The notes beneath the pieces were generated by a model, which had not been told where the DNA came from, did not search any database, and saw only the letters and a program-made list of their open reading frames with translations. A stretch of DNA of 64,000 nucleotides from Priapulus caudatus (taxonomy: Eukaryota): NCBI RefSeq assembly GCF_000485595.1, contig NW_014577079.1, positions 180,826-244,825 of the forward strand, given 5' to 3'. The stretch's first letter is position 1. The number at the start of each line of letters is the position of its first letter. Below are positions 48,986 through 63,782 of this stretch, piece after piece. The position numbers and the translations under genes are program-made.

Positions 48986-50680
48986 ATGTTGAGTCGAGTT
49001 TCCCGATAAGCAGTTATTTTTTTACTGTTTTTGAAGTGGCTTACTTATACTTGTTTTCATATCTTCATGTCATTATTTCGAGTCGTCGTCGGTTTATGCT
49101 TTGCAATTCAATAGAGCATTTCTAGATTTAATATTGGGATGACTTTGGAGGACCCTGCGCCTATAAGTCCGTTGTTAATCATTACTATAGAACGTATATA
49201 TATATATATATATATATATATAGCCATGTCCCTGCCGTGTGAATCCCCCTACACATTGATTGCATCTTTTTCAAGTATCCTAAACATGCAATTATAGAGA
49301 CCATCAGGGGGACCTGACCGCAGCTAAACTCTCACCAGGCTATGTGGCAGCTGTCTGCTGACATATAGCATGTGTGCTTACGATGACTCGCTGTCATACA
49401 GTACTGCCTAATACAAAATTATATCGCATTCATTAATCCTCGACGAAAGTCTTTAGAAAATGAACAAGGAAAATGCACGGAGATCGGTTTGAAATAAATG
49501 TTCATTTTCGAAGTTGGTGTTGCCATTAGAAAGTGTCCCCAGCCGCCAAAGCGGCCTATTTTGATACGTATTAGTAGTAATAATGATACGAAGAAAACAA
49601 ATTCGTTTACGTTATTAGGTTTCATGGCTTAGTAGTCAAAAGTCGTCTCATGTACTTTACTGGACGAGTTTTGAGTTAGCAGTATTTAATGGCAACGTCG
49701 TGTGAGGTCAGGTTGCGATGTAAAGAAAAGTCAATATGTGAAACCGTGACGTGAATTGTTGGGTAGACTAGCCAGTTACGCCGGTACAAAGAGACCGTTC
49801 AATATTGCTAATATTATCTCCGATAACGATTTAACCAAAATCAGTAATTCTCGTTGCAGAACTACATAATCAAAATCAAAATAATAATTATTTAAGAATT
49901 TCGATGTTTCATCGCAAAACCGCGCGACAATGAAAGAAAATAGGACGTAAAATACAAGTTTAACGTCAAGCAATGCTGTGTTTTGCAAAGCACTCTTACT
50001 CTTGACTGAGTGCACATATGAAAATGGCTCAATATTGAAGTGTAATAAGTGGATAGTGTATAAAATGTCATTTCATCTTTCATTAGTGAGTCCCGTATTT
50101 TCTTCCATTCCCAATTTTTGTGCATTTTTTTAATTTCGGATTTCATTACCAACAGTCTCTGACAGTCGGAATTTTATCCTACTCTACTATTTCGGTCTAC
50201 GCTGTGTCATTTCAATTTTAATTAATCATGAAGCTATTGGCTTGCAACCGTCGGGTTACGCATACGTCCTTCTTATTACAAAGCTGGAGGTGACTGACAT
50301 AGACAGAATTAGAGGATTAATGCAATAAGATATAGTTAACATGAGGGTAATGTCCATCAGGGAATGCAGTCGTCACAGCATGGACATGCCTTACTCAGGA
50401 ATCACGCGAGGCTGAGCGGGGCTGCTTTAATGGTGTGTTGAAATAGGAGACAAGTGCACACATACACAGATGCCGGAATGAATCGTATACATATACACGG
50501 CTATATATAACCCGAGTTTTCAGTAATAAGTAAGGCTAATGATATAGCAGAGCTCTGCATGCTGTGAAGCTGCTTGCCTACATTGCTTACTAGCTAATAA
50601 GGAGAGTAGAGGCCAAGGAAACACTTGTGCCTAACAAGTCAACAACGCAAGGCCCGTAAGCCTCCCGAGTTTGATCTTAT

Positions 50681-50732
50681 CAGGAGTGTATAATATAGAT
50701 CATATTATACTAGTCTAGATTATACACTTCTG
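50681..50732. mobile_element. 52-bp micro-MITE with 7-bp TSD
   Basis: caggagtgtataat...attatacacttctg flanked by atcttat on both sides. Confidence 0.7.
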
Positions 50733-53700
50733 ATCTTATCTCGCTGATTGTGTGTCCCCGATGAAAACATGTATAGTGTGTGATGTGCACACCGTGATTT
50801 GCTGGCGTGATAAGGGGGAAATGTGGATGTTATATGGCAACTGCTAGGCTACTGGTTTGCTAGCGTGCTAAGGGGGAAATGTGGATGTTATATGGCAACT
50901 GCTAGGCTACTGGTTTGCTAGCGTGCTAAGTGGGATGATGTTAATGCGAAATATATTAACACANNNNNNNNNNNNNNNNNNNNNNNNNATCCGTCGCAAT
51001 GCAGACGGAAGAAGCCCTTGTCGTAACAGAATGATTGGTCTGGACTGCTGTGATCAGCGACGCGAACCCACAGGGCCCGATTTCCGATATTTTCTTACGG
51101 GTTGTGCTTTGAGAGGCGACCGCGTAGCAGCAGGCGGCGGGCAGCAAGGATGGCCCTGTCGATAATCCACCACGCGCGGGTGTCATGATGGACTATAAAT
51201 GGCCGCAAGATTATGAGCAGTGATGCCCCGCCGAGCTGGTGACGAGCAGGGTAGCTCAGTAATACCGAGGAGCAGCAGTCGGTATCAGTTAGCAGCGGAG
51301 CAACAACAACAGCAGCAGCAGTAACAGTCACGCAACAGCGCAGTGGCAAGAGTTTATGCAAACGACAGAACAACAGCAGCACCCGGGAGGTGCGGTATGC
51401 GCGCGGCACACAGCAGCACCGCAGCACGGTTGGCTGTTAACCTTTGCAATATATTCTATTAGCTCATCTGACATCAGCAGCGGAGGGAGCCAGCAAGAAC
51501 AGCTAGTACGAGATAGACGTCATGCAGAGCTTGTAGAACCGCATATCGTGCGTCTCCCGTGGCGTGCGTCGTCGCTCGTCGCCGTCGAACAGTTGGGCAC
51601 AAGAGTCTGTTTAAGAATCAAGAAGCTCGATACGGTTCCACGAATTCGGGACGTGGAGGGGTACCGAAAACGGAGTTGGATGGGTCGACGCTGGGGGTCA
51701 AAGGTCAAAGGTCAAGAGGTGTAAAAGAAGGGGAACATCTCCTTCCTTAACTTAATATAGGGAAAAATGCAGAATATGCGGGCACAAATCTAACGCGTCG
51801 AGCCCTGTAGGCTCGTGGTACAGTCGTTGTATAGCATCCATGAGTAGAAAGGCCATGCACTGTGTCCGAATTAGAGGTCACAGCGTCAAAGAGTCAAAAG
51901 AAAATGCTCTATAGGCCTTGAACGCGCGCGATGGCGAGAGTGCTCTGATTCGCTTTGCCCAGTGAGCTTAGCATCAGAACACGCTCGCCTCAGCGTGACG
52001 CGCTGTCACGGCTGTGCACTTTTTCTGTCGAGTCGAGTTTCCCGACTAAGCAGTTTTTTTTAGCTGTTTTTGAAGGTGCTTTACTTATACTGTTTTTCAT
52101 ATCTTCATGGTCTTATTTCGAGGTCGTCGTCGTAGCTTTGCAATTCAATAAGCATTCTAGATTTAATATTGGGATGACTCTTAGAGGACCCTGCGCCTAA
52201 TAAGCCGTTGTTAATCATTCATCAGAACGTAATATACTATATAATATATATATAATAATATATATATATTATATTATATATATATAGCCATGTTCGCCTG
52301 CCGTGTGAACCCCCTACACACATTGATGCATCTTTTTTCAAGTATCCTAACTCGGAATTATATAGAGACCACCAGGGGGCCAGCCCGCAGCATAAACTCT
52401 CACCAGGCATGTGCAGCTGTCTGCTGACATAGGCATGTGTCCTTCCGATGACTCGCTGTCATACAGTACTGCCTACATACAAAATGATATCGCCTTCATT
52501 AATGCTTCGACCAAAGTCTTTAGAAAATGAACAAGGAAAATGCACGAGATCGTTGAAATAAATGTTTCATGTTTTCGAAGTTGGTGTTGTGCCATGAGGA
52601 AAGTTCCCCTAGCCGCCACAGCGCCGTATTTTGATACTATCAGTAGTAAGAATGATACGAAGAAAACAAATTCGTTTACGTTATTAGTTCAATGCGCTTA
52701 GTAGCTCAAAAGTGGTCTCGATGTTACTTTAACTGACGAGTTTTGAGTTAGTCATATTTACATGCAACGTCGTGGTAGGTCAGGTTCGACTATTAAAGAA
52801 AAGTCAATATGAGAACGTGGAAGTGAATTGTTGGGTAACTAGCATTACGCGGTACAAAGAGACCGTTCACATATTGGCTAATATTATCTCCGCGATAAGA
52901 TTTAACCAAAAATAGTATTCTCGTTGCATGAACTACATATCAATCAATTAATATCAAGAATTTCGAATGTTCATCAAAAACCGCGCACAATGAAAGAAAA
53001 TAGGACGTAAAACACAGTTAACGTCAAGCAATGCTGTGTTTGTCAAAGCACTCTTAGCATGCTTGACTGAGTGCACATATGAAAATGGCATATATTGAAT
53101 GTAATAAGTGGATAGTGTATAAAGAGTCATGTTCATATTTTCATAGTGAGTCCGTATTTTCCTTTCTTCGCATCCCAATTTTGTGCATTTTTTTAATTTC
53201 GGATTTCACTTACCAACGACAGTCTCTGACAGTTGATTTATCTCACTCATACTATTTCGGTCTACGCTGTGTCATATTCAATTTAATAATGCATGAAGCT
53301 ATGGCTTGCAGACCGTCGGTTACCATACGCTCCTTCTATTAGTCAAGCTGAAGTGACTGACATAGAAGATATTAGAGGAATTATGCCAATAAGATATAGT
53401 TAACATGAGGTAATGTCCATCAGGGAATGCATCGTCACAGCATGGACATGCTTACTCAGTGAATCACGCGAGGCTGAGCGGGGCTGCTTTAATGGTGTGT
53501 TGAAATAGGAGAACAAGTGCACACATACACAGATGCGCGAATGAATCGTATACATATACACGGCTATATATAACCCGAGTTTTCAGTAATAAGTAAGGCT
53601 AATGATATAGCAGCGCTCTGCTGCTGTGAAAGCTGCCTGCCTACATTGCTTACTAGCTAATAATGTCACACGCAAGGCCGTAAGCCTCCGCGATGTTTGA

Positions 53701-53819
53701 TCTTATCAGGAGTGTATAATATAGGATCAATATTATACTAGTTAGATTATCCTCTGATCTTATCTTGCTGATTGTGTGTCCCGTGAAAACATGTATAGTG
53801 TGTGATGTGCACACCGTGA

Positions 53820-53990
53820 TTTGTGGATGTTATATGGCAACTGCTAGGCTACTGGTTTGCTGGCGTGATAAGGGGGAAATGTGGATGTTATATGGCAACT
53901 GCTAGGCTACTGGTTTGCTGGCGTGATAAGGGGGAAATGTGGATGTTATATGGCAACTGCTAGGCTACTGGTTTGCTAGCGTGCTAAGTG
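53820..53990. repeat. ~58-bp minisatellite, 3 copies (also 50820-50930)
   Basis: gtggatgttatatggcaactgctaggctactggtttgctggcgtgataagggggaaat repeated. Confidence 0.85.
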
Positions 53991-54736
53991 GGATGATGTT
54001 AATGCGAAATATATTAACACACACGCTACTGGTTTCTTAGCGTTGTAAGGGGGTGCATGGAGGGTGTGCGATACCACGTCTTGGTTTCCCAGCGTTTTAT
54101 GAGGGGATGTGTGTGTGGGGGGCTATAAACCACTTGCTGATCACTGGCGTTCTATGGGGATATAGTAACGGGTATATGAAAAGACGTGCTGTTTGCAAAA
54201 GGCCTCAGGGAAGAATATTAAGGATGTATGTGAACACGTGCTGGCTTACCAGCTAGGGAGTGTTTAATCGTAGCCACGCAATCTGGATGTCCGTCTGGTA
54301 TGATATCCGAAATTTGTAGTTTTGCGGTCCATTGCGAACGAAAGTCGGAGAAGAAGGCGGCCTTGAAAATTAATCGGTTTATCGGGTTTATTTCCGTGTA
54401 ATCCGAAAAAATGTCCGTCTTTAATTTCGTGTCCTTTGTCATGCAGTTATAGAGTAGAACAAGATAGGGATTTGGTCTAGTCGCATGAAGTATATACTAA
54501 TTGCCGGAGATAAGCGATCAATAGGCCTTTCTTGTGTAAAGGCGGTTATTCTCAAGTTTACCGATTCGCGCACGTTTTTACCGACAAATACATTATGAAT
54601 CCTAAAAAACGACAAGTAATCCGCAAGTTGCGCAATGTTTATTGAATGTTCGTTTCGGTGCGCTTCTATAGCGCGGGCAGTCGACCTAGAATCATGGCAG
54701 ACATTGAGCGATAGATGCAATTGCGCATGTTAATAT

Positions 54737-54785
54737 CAGGAGTTTATCAATAGGAGTCTATGAAATATCTATTGATAGACTCCTG
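54737..54785. mobile_element. 49-bp micro-MITE with 7-bp TSD
   Basis: caggagtttatcaatag...ctattgatagactcctg flanked by ttaatat on both sides. Confidence 0.7.
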
Positions 54786-54835
<50 letters not shown>

Positions 54836-57800
54836 GTATAGACCGGTCTGTTCCATAAAAGGGTTGACAGGATTAGCCACCGTTAGACAAGTAGGGCATA
54901 TGATTATAGAGCGCTCCAGACAAGATGAACCGACCTTAATCTTGAACGATTGTTAATTTGATCGACAGCATCCCGACAGTGAGACTGGCACAATCTCTTT
55001 CCGCTAATCATTGAGCGCCCACACTACAGACGCCAATTCGCGCGGGAAGAGTAAAGCGGGGCACATCTAAACGCGCGTCCTTATCGAGGTCAAGACAGCA
55101 CACTTGGCCGCGACTGTCGCAAGTCTAAATTGTCGCATCTTATGTCCATGTCATAACTTAAATGGACATCATGAACGTCGTAAGTACTATTATCAAGTTT
55201 TGCCATAGTAATAGCGTTTGGCATAGACTTGTTGTTTCTGACAGCTGGCCCCGGGGAAACATGCTGATCTGTTTGGCTGTGTGGTGTGACAGTGACAGTG
55301 CAATTACTGTCGCGATGAGCAGTCACGGAAACAATACCCGAATACAGGCAAGGTCTTCGGTGGCAAACCTTCATTATTTCTACCTAGCCAACTCACCACC
55401 CTTTCCCTCTCCTTAAACTCGTCCTCTCCATACTTATTCTTCATCGCTTCTCTTCCTCATCACTAGCCTCAATCTATACCTTCTTCCCCTTCTCCACATC
55501 TTTTCACTTCAGCTTCCCTCCTCGTCTTCCTTTGGACACGCGGCGTGTTCTTTACACTCACTTCGGCCTGTGCTGCCCCCTATGTTCTCCTCTCAATCTG
55601 CATCTTAGGTTGGCGTGGTCACCGGACCAATAATTGATTATAGGCAAAGTTCATAATGACTCGCCTCCACCTCCTCTACCTCGCCTTCTTATTTGCCTCG
55701 TCTTCTGTCCCTCTTGCTCTTTGACCTTCACCCTCCCCGTTTATCCTCTAGCTAAGTGAAGGGAGAGGATTAGGAGATAGACGAGTGTGAGGTGGCAGGG
55801 CAGAGGGAAAGAAAATACAGAAGGCGGGGCAAGGAAAGAACGAAGAAAGGCTAGAGGGGTTCGGAGGAGGAAAAAAGGGGGAGAAGATAGAGAAGAGGAA
55901 GAAAGTAGAAGAGGGGGAGAAGATGGAGGTGGTAAGGCAGGAAGAGAAGATTGAATAGGTAGAGGAGGGAAAACGATAGAAGGGGGAAATAGTATAGTGT
56001 AAAACTGGGATGACGGAGGAAAGTTGGAGGTGACAGAGTAGGCAACGGAAGGGGAAGGTCACGCAAGTGGGGACTGGAGAAAAACAATAAAAAAAACTTT
56101 TGCTAGACGTAACTACTTCATCGCGAGCGTGAATATGTAGATGCTAATGTATTCTGTTGGAAGCCTGTCTATTGTATCCGCGTTATTGCGCATCTGTTAA
56201 AAATTAATCTACGATACAACGCGACCTCACCCTTGCAGGTGTAGTAATGTAATAAGGCGGTCAGCGCTCTCTCACACTTAATCTGCCACCATTAATCTTC
56301 AATGAGCATTTTATCATCTAGGGCTTCCGCTGACTTCTCAGGGACACGTATAATCAGCGTGAGTGCTGTATAGACCAGCGAGTTGTATCAGTGTTGGGTG
56401 AGGATACCGTGCGAGCAGATTGGTTTTTCCTCTGGCGTCGCGGGCGACCCTCGCACAAACTGACCGATGTTTGATTGCTCTCTCCTCTAAGTCGATTATT
56501 AACTTCACGCGTCGATATAGTAAGTCGTTTCGCGCTCCCTATGTGCGCTGGAAGCTCAAGACAGGCGCGCGGGAGGCGGAAATTAACTCCTTAGTTGTGG
56601 AGAGAGTTGTGGAGAATTGTTTTCGCCCTCACAAGTCTAGGAGAGACGGAGGGGGGAAGTTAATTCAGTAGCTATGGAGAGTGAGAGAGAAATTGCTGGC
56701 ACATGAAGAGACTGCGAAAGGCGCGGGAGGGGAAGTTAACCCCGTAGCACTGGAGAGTGGGAGAGAGCTTTTTCGCACTTGCAATTCTGGGAGAGACGGG
56801 GGGGGGAGAGAAAGCTCCGTGAGAGCTCAGAGTCGGAGATGGATCGTTTGCAGACCTGTCTGGGAGAGGCGGGGGAGGCAGAAGTCAACCCCGTAGCTCT
56901 GGAAAGTGAGAGAGCCATTGCTGGCACATTGCTGTAGTCTGCTTCCCAGCAGATGGGTCGATGCGGAAACTGAAACTCTCTCGGCGGATACAATCTGATC
57001 GTAAGATTAACGAATATCAATGAAATCCGTTCACGCGATACGCTCGTGCAGGCTATTTCACTTAAAGGGAAGCTTGTCTATATCACAGTATCACTGCTGT
57101 ATATGTGTACCAAGTATACTGTATATATATATATCATATATGTGTATTATATCATATTATATGTTATATATCATATGTATTATATGAATATAATACAATA
57201 TATATATATATATATAAACAATTTTGTATGTCTAACAAGTGGCAACGAGGCGATTTTCTGTTTAACTGATGACATAAATCTTCTGTAATCAGAAGAAAAT
57301 AAAAATGGTTGGAATTGTTGTGGTTAGAATTTTTCTTCGAGTTGTAGATCGAAGATTCTCCGAGTACAACAGCTGCAAACACTGACAGAAGCGTTTACAT
57401 GACACACATCTTGTCGTAAATCGTGAATATTCTGTTTCCTGTGCCGTGTGATATCTATAGTTTACTACGTTACGGTTACTACAACTACTACTTTGTCTCT
57501 TTTCGTCTTCGTTATAGTCCCTTGGACATTGAAGACTAATATTTACGAGGTTACTACGTTGGGTTTTTGCGTTAAATTCACTCGAGTGTGCTGGGCTTAA
57601 CTCTGCGTATACGCCTGTCGACCAGGTCGCTCTTACGTTTAATCGGTATATAGTAGTGATCGGTATAATGTGAACACTCGTAGGCGGATTGTTTTACAGA
57701 ATCAGCCCTACGGCAAACTTGAACTTGATCCGATTATGGTGTTTTAGTGTTATAGGAAATTATTTTGAGATAATTGATGTGTATCGAATTAATGTTTTTA

Positions 57801-58672
57801 CGTTGCACCTACGTCGTTATTGCTCGTAATTGCCGACTTTCATGCAAAGTTAGAGCTGATTATATTTAATTTGCCTATGTATTAGTGAAATATCAAAAAA
57901 GCGTGTAAACGTGTGAAATGTAAATTGTGCAGCCTAATCTAATAATCTCAACTCTATCTATTCTTTGGTAGGTCAGCACTATTAGCTGTTTGTTAACTGT
58001 TTTGTGTACGACTAATTTGTTTGCTCATTGTTAACTGTTATGTGTGCAACTAATTTGTTTACTCATTGTTAACTGTTTGTAGCTGTTTGTCACATGTTTA
58101 TATATGTTGAATGTTTGTTGGTATGTTTGTCAACCGTTTTAGTAACTATATTCTAACGATTTGTTGTTATGTTTGTTAGTTGCTAAACATGTGGTGTGTT
58201 AACCGTTTACCTACTGCTTATTAACTGGTAATTAGCCGTTTGTTTACTGTTTGTTGTTGTGTTTGTTGTCCCTGGTGACGGCGTAGATGCGTCGTGAGCG
58301 CTTAACACTACTAGCGCAAGCGTCGGCAGCGGAAGAAGCTCTTATATCAATAAGACAGAGTCACACTCATGCTGCGTTTAAACGTTGGGTGTGTCATACC
58401 TCAATCCTTCTCCTGAAGCCTTGCTTCTGATTCTTGATATCAGTAGTATGTCAGAGATGTGCAAACATGCCGCATGCACTTTCTGTCGCTTTCGTGACTG
58501 TGACGGACAAAGTTATACGGGTGCGTGCGGTTCTCCGCCGTAAGGTATTTGACATTCTTAGATTAGATTCCTGGGTATAATCTAATATAAGAAATTCAAA
58601 TATTGAGTGTACGCAGAGATACAAAGCTGTAGCGGTGTGCGTAGCGAGTAAGGCGATATGGGCGGTGTAGCG

Positions 58673-58708
<36 letters not shown>

Positions 58709-60154
58709 GCGGTGTAGACGATGGATTATTGACTGACTACCTTCGCATGTAGTTACCAGTTACATGACAGCGCGTTTCAGTGTTACTCCGCAGTTCTAAA
58801 ACTCGATGAAATAGCATCCGCGTTTACGCATTTACACAAGTAATTGCAATATTACAGCTCTAGTCGGGAATAATAGAATAAAGGCATCGAAGATTCGCGG
58901 GTATCGAATTCGCTACCGTTTGTTTAGTTAAGCTTGCATGACGAATTGCAGTGGTTCGCCTGAAAGAGAGCATTACCGGGAGGCCGCGCATAACGCGTTA
59001 TACGCCGGGTGTGCGTGCACGCGTGCGTTACACGGGAATCTGTGCACGAGTGTCCGTGCGTTATCCCGTGCGTGCGTGCGTGCGTGCGTGCGTGTGTGTG
59101 TGCGTGTGTCGCTGTCTATAACGTGTAAACGCCCGTATATGTGTATCGCATTACTTTTTGAGGGCCACTGCCTGCGTGTACGCGCGCGTGCGTGTTTGCG
59201 TGGCGGTGTATGTGTGTCGTATTGATTTGCGACTCCTTCTGTGCGCGCCCGTGCGTGCATTCAAGCAGGAAGTCCGGCTATATAGCATAGAGGATATAGA
59301 GGTTTCCACATCGCTGAGCGATGGCGCGCGGAGGCGACGCTCACATGCAAACCGTAATCAAACTTTAAAGAAAGTAATTGCCCTGAAAGGGCGCTGCCGT
59401 GACCAGATGCAGGCAATCTAGCAAAAATCAAGAAGCTTAAGGCTCACATCGGCGTCAATAATTGATCATTTTTATCAAGGCACTCGAGCGCGCGTACATA
59501 TGTACGTGCGCTATTGATTATCTTTTCCTCCGCGCGGTGGCGCTGGCTGGTGGTGCACAGGGCGGGCGCTTTGCACGCTAATGCACGACAGTCCACCCCG
59601 CGAATCTGCCCTCCGATTTACGGGCAGCAGAGATGTCCGATATTTTCGAGCAGGTCGGAGGGGTCTGAGCGACGCAGCGCTAACGGGCTGGCTGTCTGCG
59701 TGTACGTGCGCAAGTGCGTGCACGCGGCGAGTTCGTATATATATATATACTCATATACACATGCCCGCATATATCTGCCACGTGTCCAAGACCACACATG
59801 TGCATGTAGATGCGCACACATATATATATATATTATATATCTACGCACGCGTGTGAATGACCACGCGGCAAATGAATGTTCTTCGCAGCACGGCCAAGTC
59901 ACGGCGGTACATTGCTTGTTATTAGACAATACGGCGATCTGCGCGGTCAGTCTGTGATATCAGTGCAGCGTTCGCAGGAGTAAGCACGTGTCGCTGCTAC
60001 CCGCGCCCACGGCGTGCTTGTGTGCGCGAGACACTAACCTTGCCGGATAACACTTCCGGATAATCTCTACGAATAAGCTTGGTGGATAATTTTGCCCGAT
60101 AGTGCGTCGGTGAGGCGGGTTGGCCACCGGTAGAGCCTGCTGACGTCACGCGGC

Positions 60155-60880
60155 TACACTCAAAAAACTAAAGTGTAAAACTAGTTACACTTATCGAGTG
60201 TTACATTATATATAACACTTGAAGCGTCACTCCAAGTAATACAGGTGTCAGGTATGTAATCATAAAGTGTTAAAACAGTGACACTTTCTTTAGTGTTAAA
60301 ACTTTACACTATATCAATATATATGTGTCAAGCGTCGCTTTCCCACAAAATAATGCCGTTGAAAATTAATTCACGATTTAATTCACGATTAAGATTTCTT
60401 TATGAGCTAGAAAACACTCGGATTTGAAGTATGAAAATGAACATTATTGTGCCAGCTAGCTTACACCAGTTGGTTGGGATTGATTGTCAGTTCAGATGCA
60501 AAATATTGAAAGCAAAAGGTTATACATCATAGATTAATTGGGTACTATGACACGCGTATATAAGATAGCCGAGTCGGGTTATAGTTAGTGTTAGGGTTAG
60601 GGTTAGGGATAGGGATAGGGTGACTGTTTGTACTTGTGTGTGGGACTGCCGTACGCGTGTAAAGTCAGTGTTTACATATAACACTACAGTACTTGCTCGG
60701 TTTAATCCAAAACGAGTTAATATTTACCAACGATGTGTTAATATTACTAACACTTCATTGGTGTAAAATATTCTAACACTTGAAATTTACACTTAAGGTG
60801 CTGTCTCTAACTGAATTCTTTATAGTGTAGACAATTGACACTTTACGATTCAATTCTGACACTTTATTTTTTCGAGTGTA
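60155..60880. mobile_element. Non-autonomous DNA transposon with CACT...AGTG ends and TA flanks
   Basis: tacactcaaaaaactaaagtgt ... acactttattttttcgagtgta; many internal acact/agtgt motifs and a ttagggttagggttaggg tract. Confidence 0.7.
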
Positions 60881-61248
60881 CTTGTGTTTGACATTTCATG
60901 CATGGCAAGCTGGCTAAGTGCACTGTTAAAAGGCGAGATGCTGGTGGCCTGGGTGCCGCTAGGGAAATTACCGCTAGTTTGTCTAATGTGACCTTTTGGT
61001 GGCTAATGAAAAAAACCCGGGAGGCGTGAAGCGTTTTTCTCGGCGGCGTTACCTACAGCTATACCTTAATAGGCTTTGTTTTACAAGACGCTCGAGTTAC
61101 ACGGGAGAAGCTTGGAGGTCTACGGCGCGTGTATTCCTCAACGTAGGTATTAAGAGTTTTAAAGGTGGGAATTTTTCTGACTCTCACTTTCTTTCTCGTT
61201 TTTTCTATCTTTCTTTCTATTCCTCTATGTATATAAAGTGTATCTGTG

Positions 61249-61287
<39 letters not shown>

Positions 61288-61950
61288 TGGTGTGTGTGTG
61301 GTGCGTGCGGCGTGCGTGCGTGCGTGCGGCGGTGCGGTCGCGCGCGTGTGTCGTATTTATGTGTGTGCGAATAGGGGACGGGTGGTGTGTAAATGTGGTA
61401 AGAGGTTGAAATCGCAATGGATTTTGATTGAATAGTGGGTTCTTTGCGTGACAGGCTCCTTGCTGATATGTCATGTTCGCTCCGTGCAGTAGTTTACTTG
61501 TTTTATTCGTGCATGTGCCTAGCATTGAGTCTAGCCAGCCCATATCGCCTCGTGAGAAATTAAGCATCCGCGGCATTGATTCGCAAAAAAAAGCTCGACT
61601 AAATGTACAATCAACACATGAGCACTGAAATAAACATGATACTAAACGCGAGAAATTACATCTAAATTATTGTGTGCAACGCTACTGTGCATGCTCGTAT
61701 TGTGTTCTCAACGCGACGCGACACACCACTGCAAGCCCGGTATAGAAAGGGTTCATATCGAAGGCAGGTTGGTATTCTGTTTCTGCGTCTGATACGAGCG
61801 GAGTCAGATATATGCGAATGTGCGATATTCTTCTTCGTACACTAAAAAACATCCCGGTCAAAGTAAATTAGTTCTCTTCTTTTCACATTGCGCGTTGTTA
61901 GCAAGAACTAAATACCTAAAAGGCTAGCATAACCAAGAAGCTAATAGCCT

Positions 61951-62204
61951 AAAGGCCGCGCCACCGCCGAATTTTTACAAGCGATGAATCCCCCGTAAAG
62001 AAGCGATGAAGGCGATAGCGATGTAAGGTGTGCCGTCATTTGTAGACGATTATTTTTATCGGGTGATCGTCCAAATCAAACAGTTGATTTTACCGATGAG
62101 CGATGAGCGATGAGAGCCGATTTAAGGCCGCCGCACACCTACCTCTGCTTCATCGCTTCATGCCGCTTCATCGTTGTAAAATCGGCTGGTGTGCGGCGGC
62201 CTTA
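61951..62204. mobile_element. MITE (Harbinger-like ends)
   Basis: aaggccgcgccaccgccgaatttttacaa ... ttgtaaaatcggctggtgtgcggcggcctt; an internal copy of the TIR lies at ~62123. Confidence 0.6.
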
Positions 62205-63782
62205 TACGTATTACGTTATTATTACGTATTAATAGCTAAGGTATTATTAGCTCTTGATTATACTGTGCTGCGCACTGCTGCACTTGGTGATATTCCAGTA
62301 TATTAAAATAATCAACAGCTACATTATTACAGTTCTTGATATATATATATATTATACTATCTATAATATAAAATAAATATATATATATACACAAGACCCG
62401 CTAGAATGCAGCAGAAAACAACGTTTCAAAATTGAGTGTAACACATTATTTTATGTCGGTAGACGGTAGAGTGTCCGTGTGCGAACGTACTCGCGGGTAT
62501 GGATGAGTAAGAACTGCATTCTATAGAATGCTGACTAGTCATTGACTTTTTATTAAAAAATTTCTCGATAGTAACGGAGGCGCGTAGCTACTAATGTTCG
62601 CGGTGGGACTACGGGGAATTGCTCATGTTCTGGATGTGCAACGATAGTGCGTTTGAAAGCTGAAAAAGGCTGAACATTTCCATGCGCCACCTTCAATTAC
62701 CATATCTCTTGTGGACACATTTTGGTTTCNNNNNNNNNNNNNNNNNNNNNNNNNNNNNNNNNNNNNNNNNNNNNNNNNNNNNNNNNNNNNNNNNNNNNNN
62801 NNNNNNNNNNNNNNNNNNNNNNNNNNNNNNNNNNNNNNNNNNNNNNNNNNNNNNNNNNNNNNNNNNNNNNNNNNNNNNNNNNNNNNNNNNNNNNNNNNNN
62901 NNNNNNNNNNNNNNNNNNNNNNNNNNNNNNNNNNNNNNNNNNAAACAAAATTTTACGTTTATAATCGTAGCAACAGACCTCAGATGAGCCCAGACGCTCT
63001 GCGGCTCTTGTTATTAAAACATTTCTCGATAGTAACGGAGGCGCGGAGCTCGTAGCTACTAATGTTCGCGGTGGGACTACGGGGAATTGCTCATGTTCTG
63101 GATGTGCAACGATAGTGCGTTTGAAAGCTGAAAAAGGCTGAACATTTCCATGCGCCACCTTCAATTACCATATCTCTTGTGGACACATTTTGGTTCCGTT
63201 ATCACGCGAATAATGGAATATGAGCCTCGGGATTACATCTCACCTTGAGTATATATATATTATACATATATATTCAATAAAAAAAGTCTGGCTGTTTACG
63301 ATCATTATACTTACATATATACGAAAGTTTTGCTGATGCATCTGATCTGGTGTGACGTGTAAGGAGAGCTACGCTAATAATACCCCCTTCACATACACGG
63401 ATTTTTCTTACGAGTCCTTACGGATCGCACAATTCGTAAAAGTACACGGATCCTTACGATTTGGCCACTTTTACGAGCGATTTACGTGTTATTACGAGCT
63501 AATTACGGTTTATTACGGATTATTACGAGTTATTACGATGTATTTACGGCAATATTCCACGATTTGTTATGAGTTGTCACGGATAACTACGATCAACTTA
63601 CGAGCATTTTACGAACTTTTACGGATTGTTACGGATATATTACGATTCATCGAAGCTTTTACGTGTTAGTTGCGACCTGTTTACGTGTTGTTACGAATAG
63701 GTACGAGTTAGTTACGAGTATTTACGAGTCCTTACGATTTTTTGGCAAAAAGTATATAAAAATCCTGCAAATCTGGCTAACT

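Larger units (their letters stand above)
48010..54020. repeat. ~3-kb tandem duplication across an N gap (likely assembly artefact)
   Basis: ~48010-50963 is repeated at ~50989-54020 with many scattered small indels. Confidence 0.85.

Noticed and set aside
48010..54020. Recent biological segmental duplication
   Set aside because: The copies meet at an N gap and differ mainly by scattered 1-2 bp indels, typical of an unpolished read or second haplotype.
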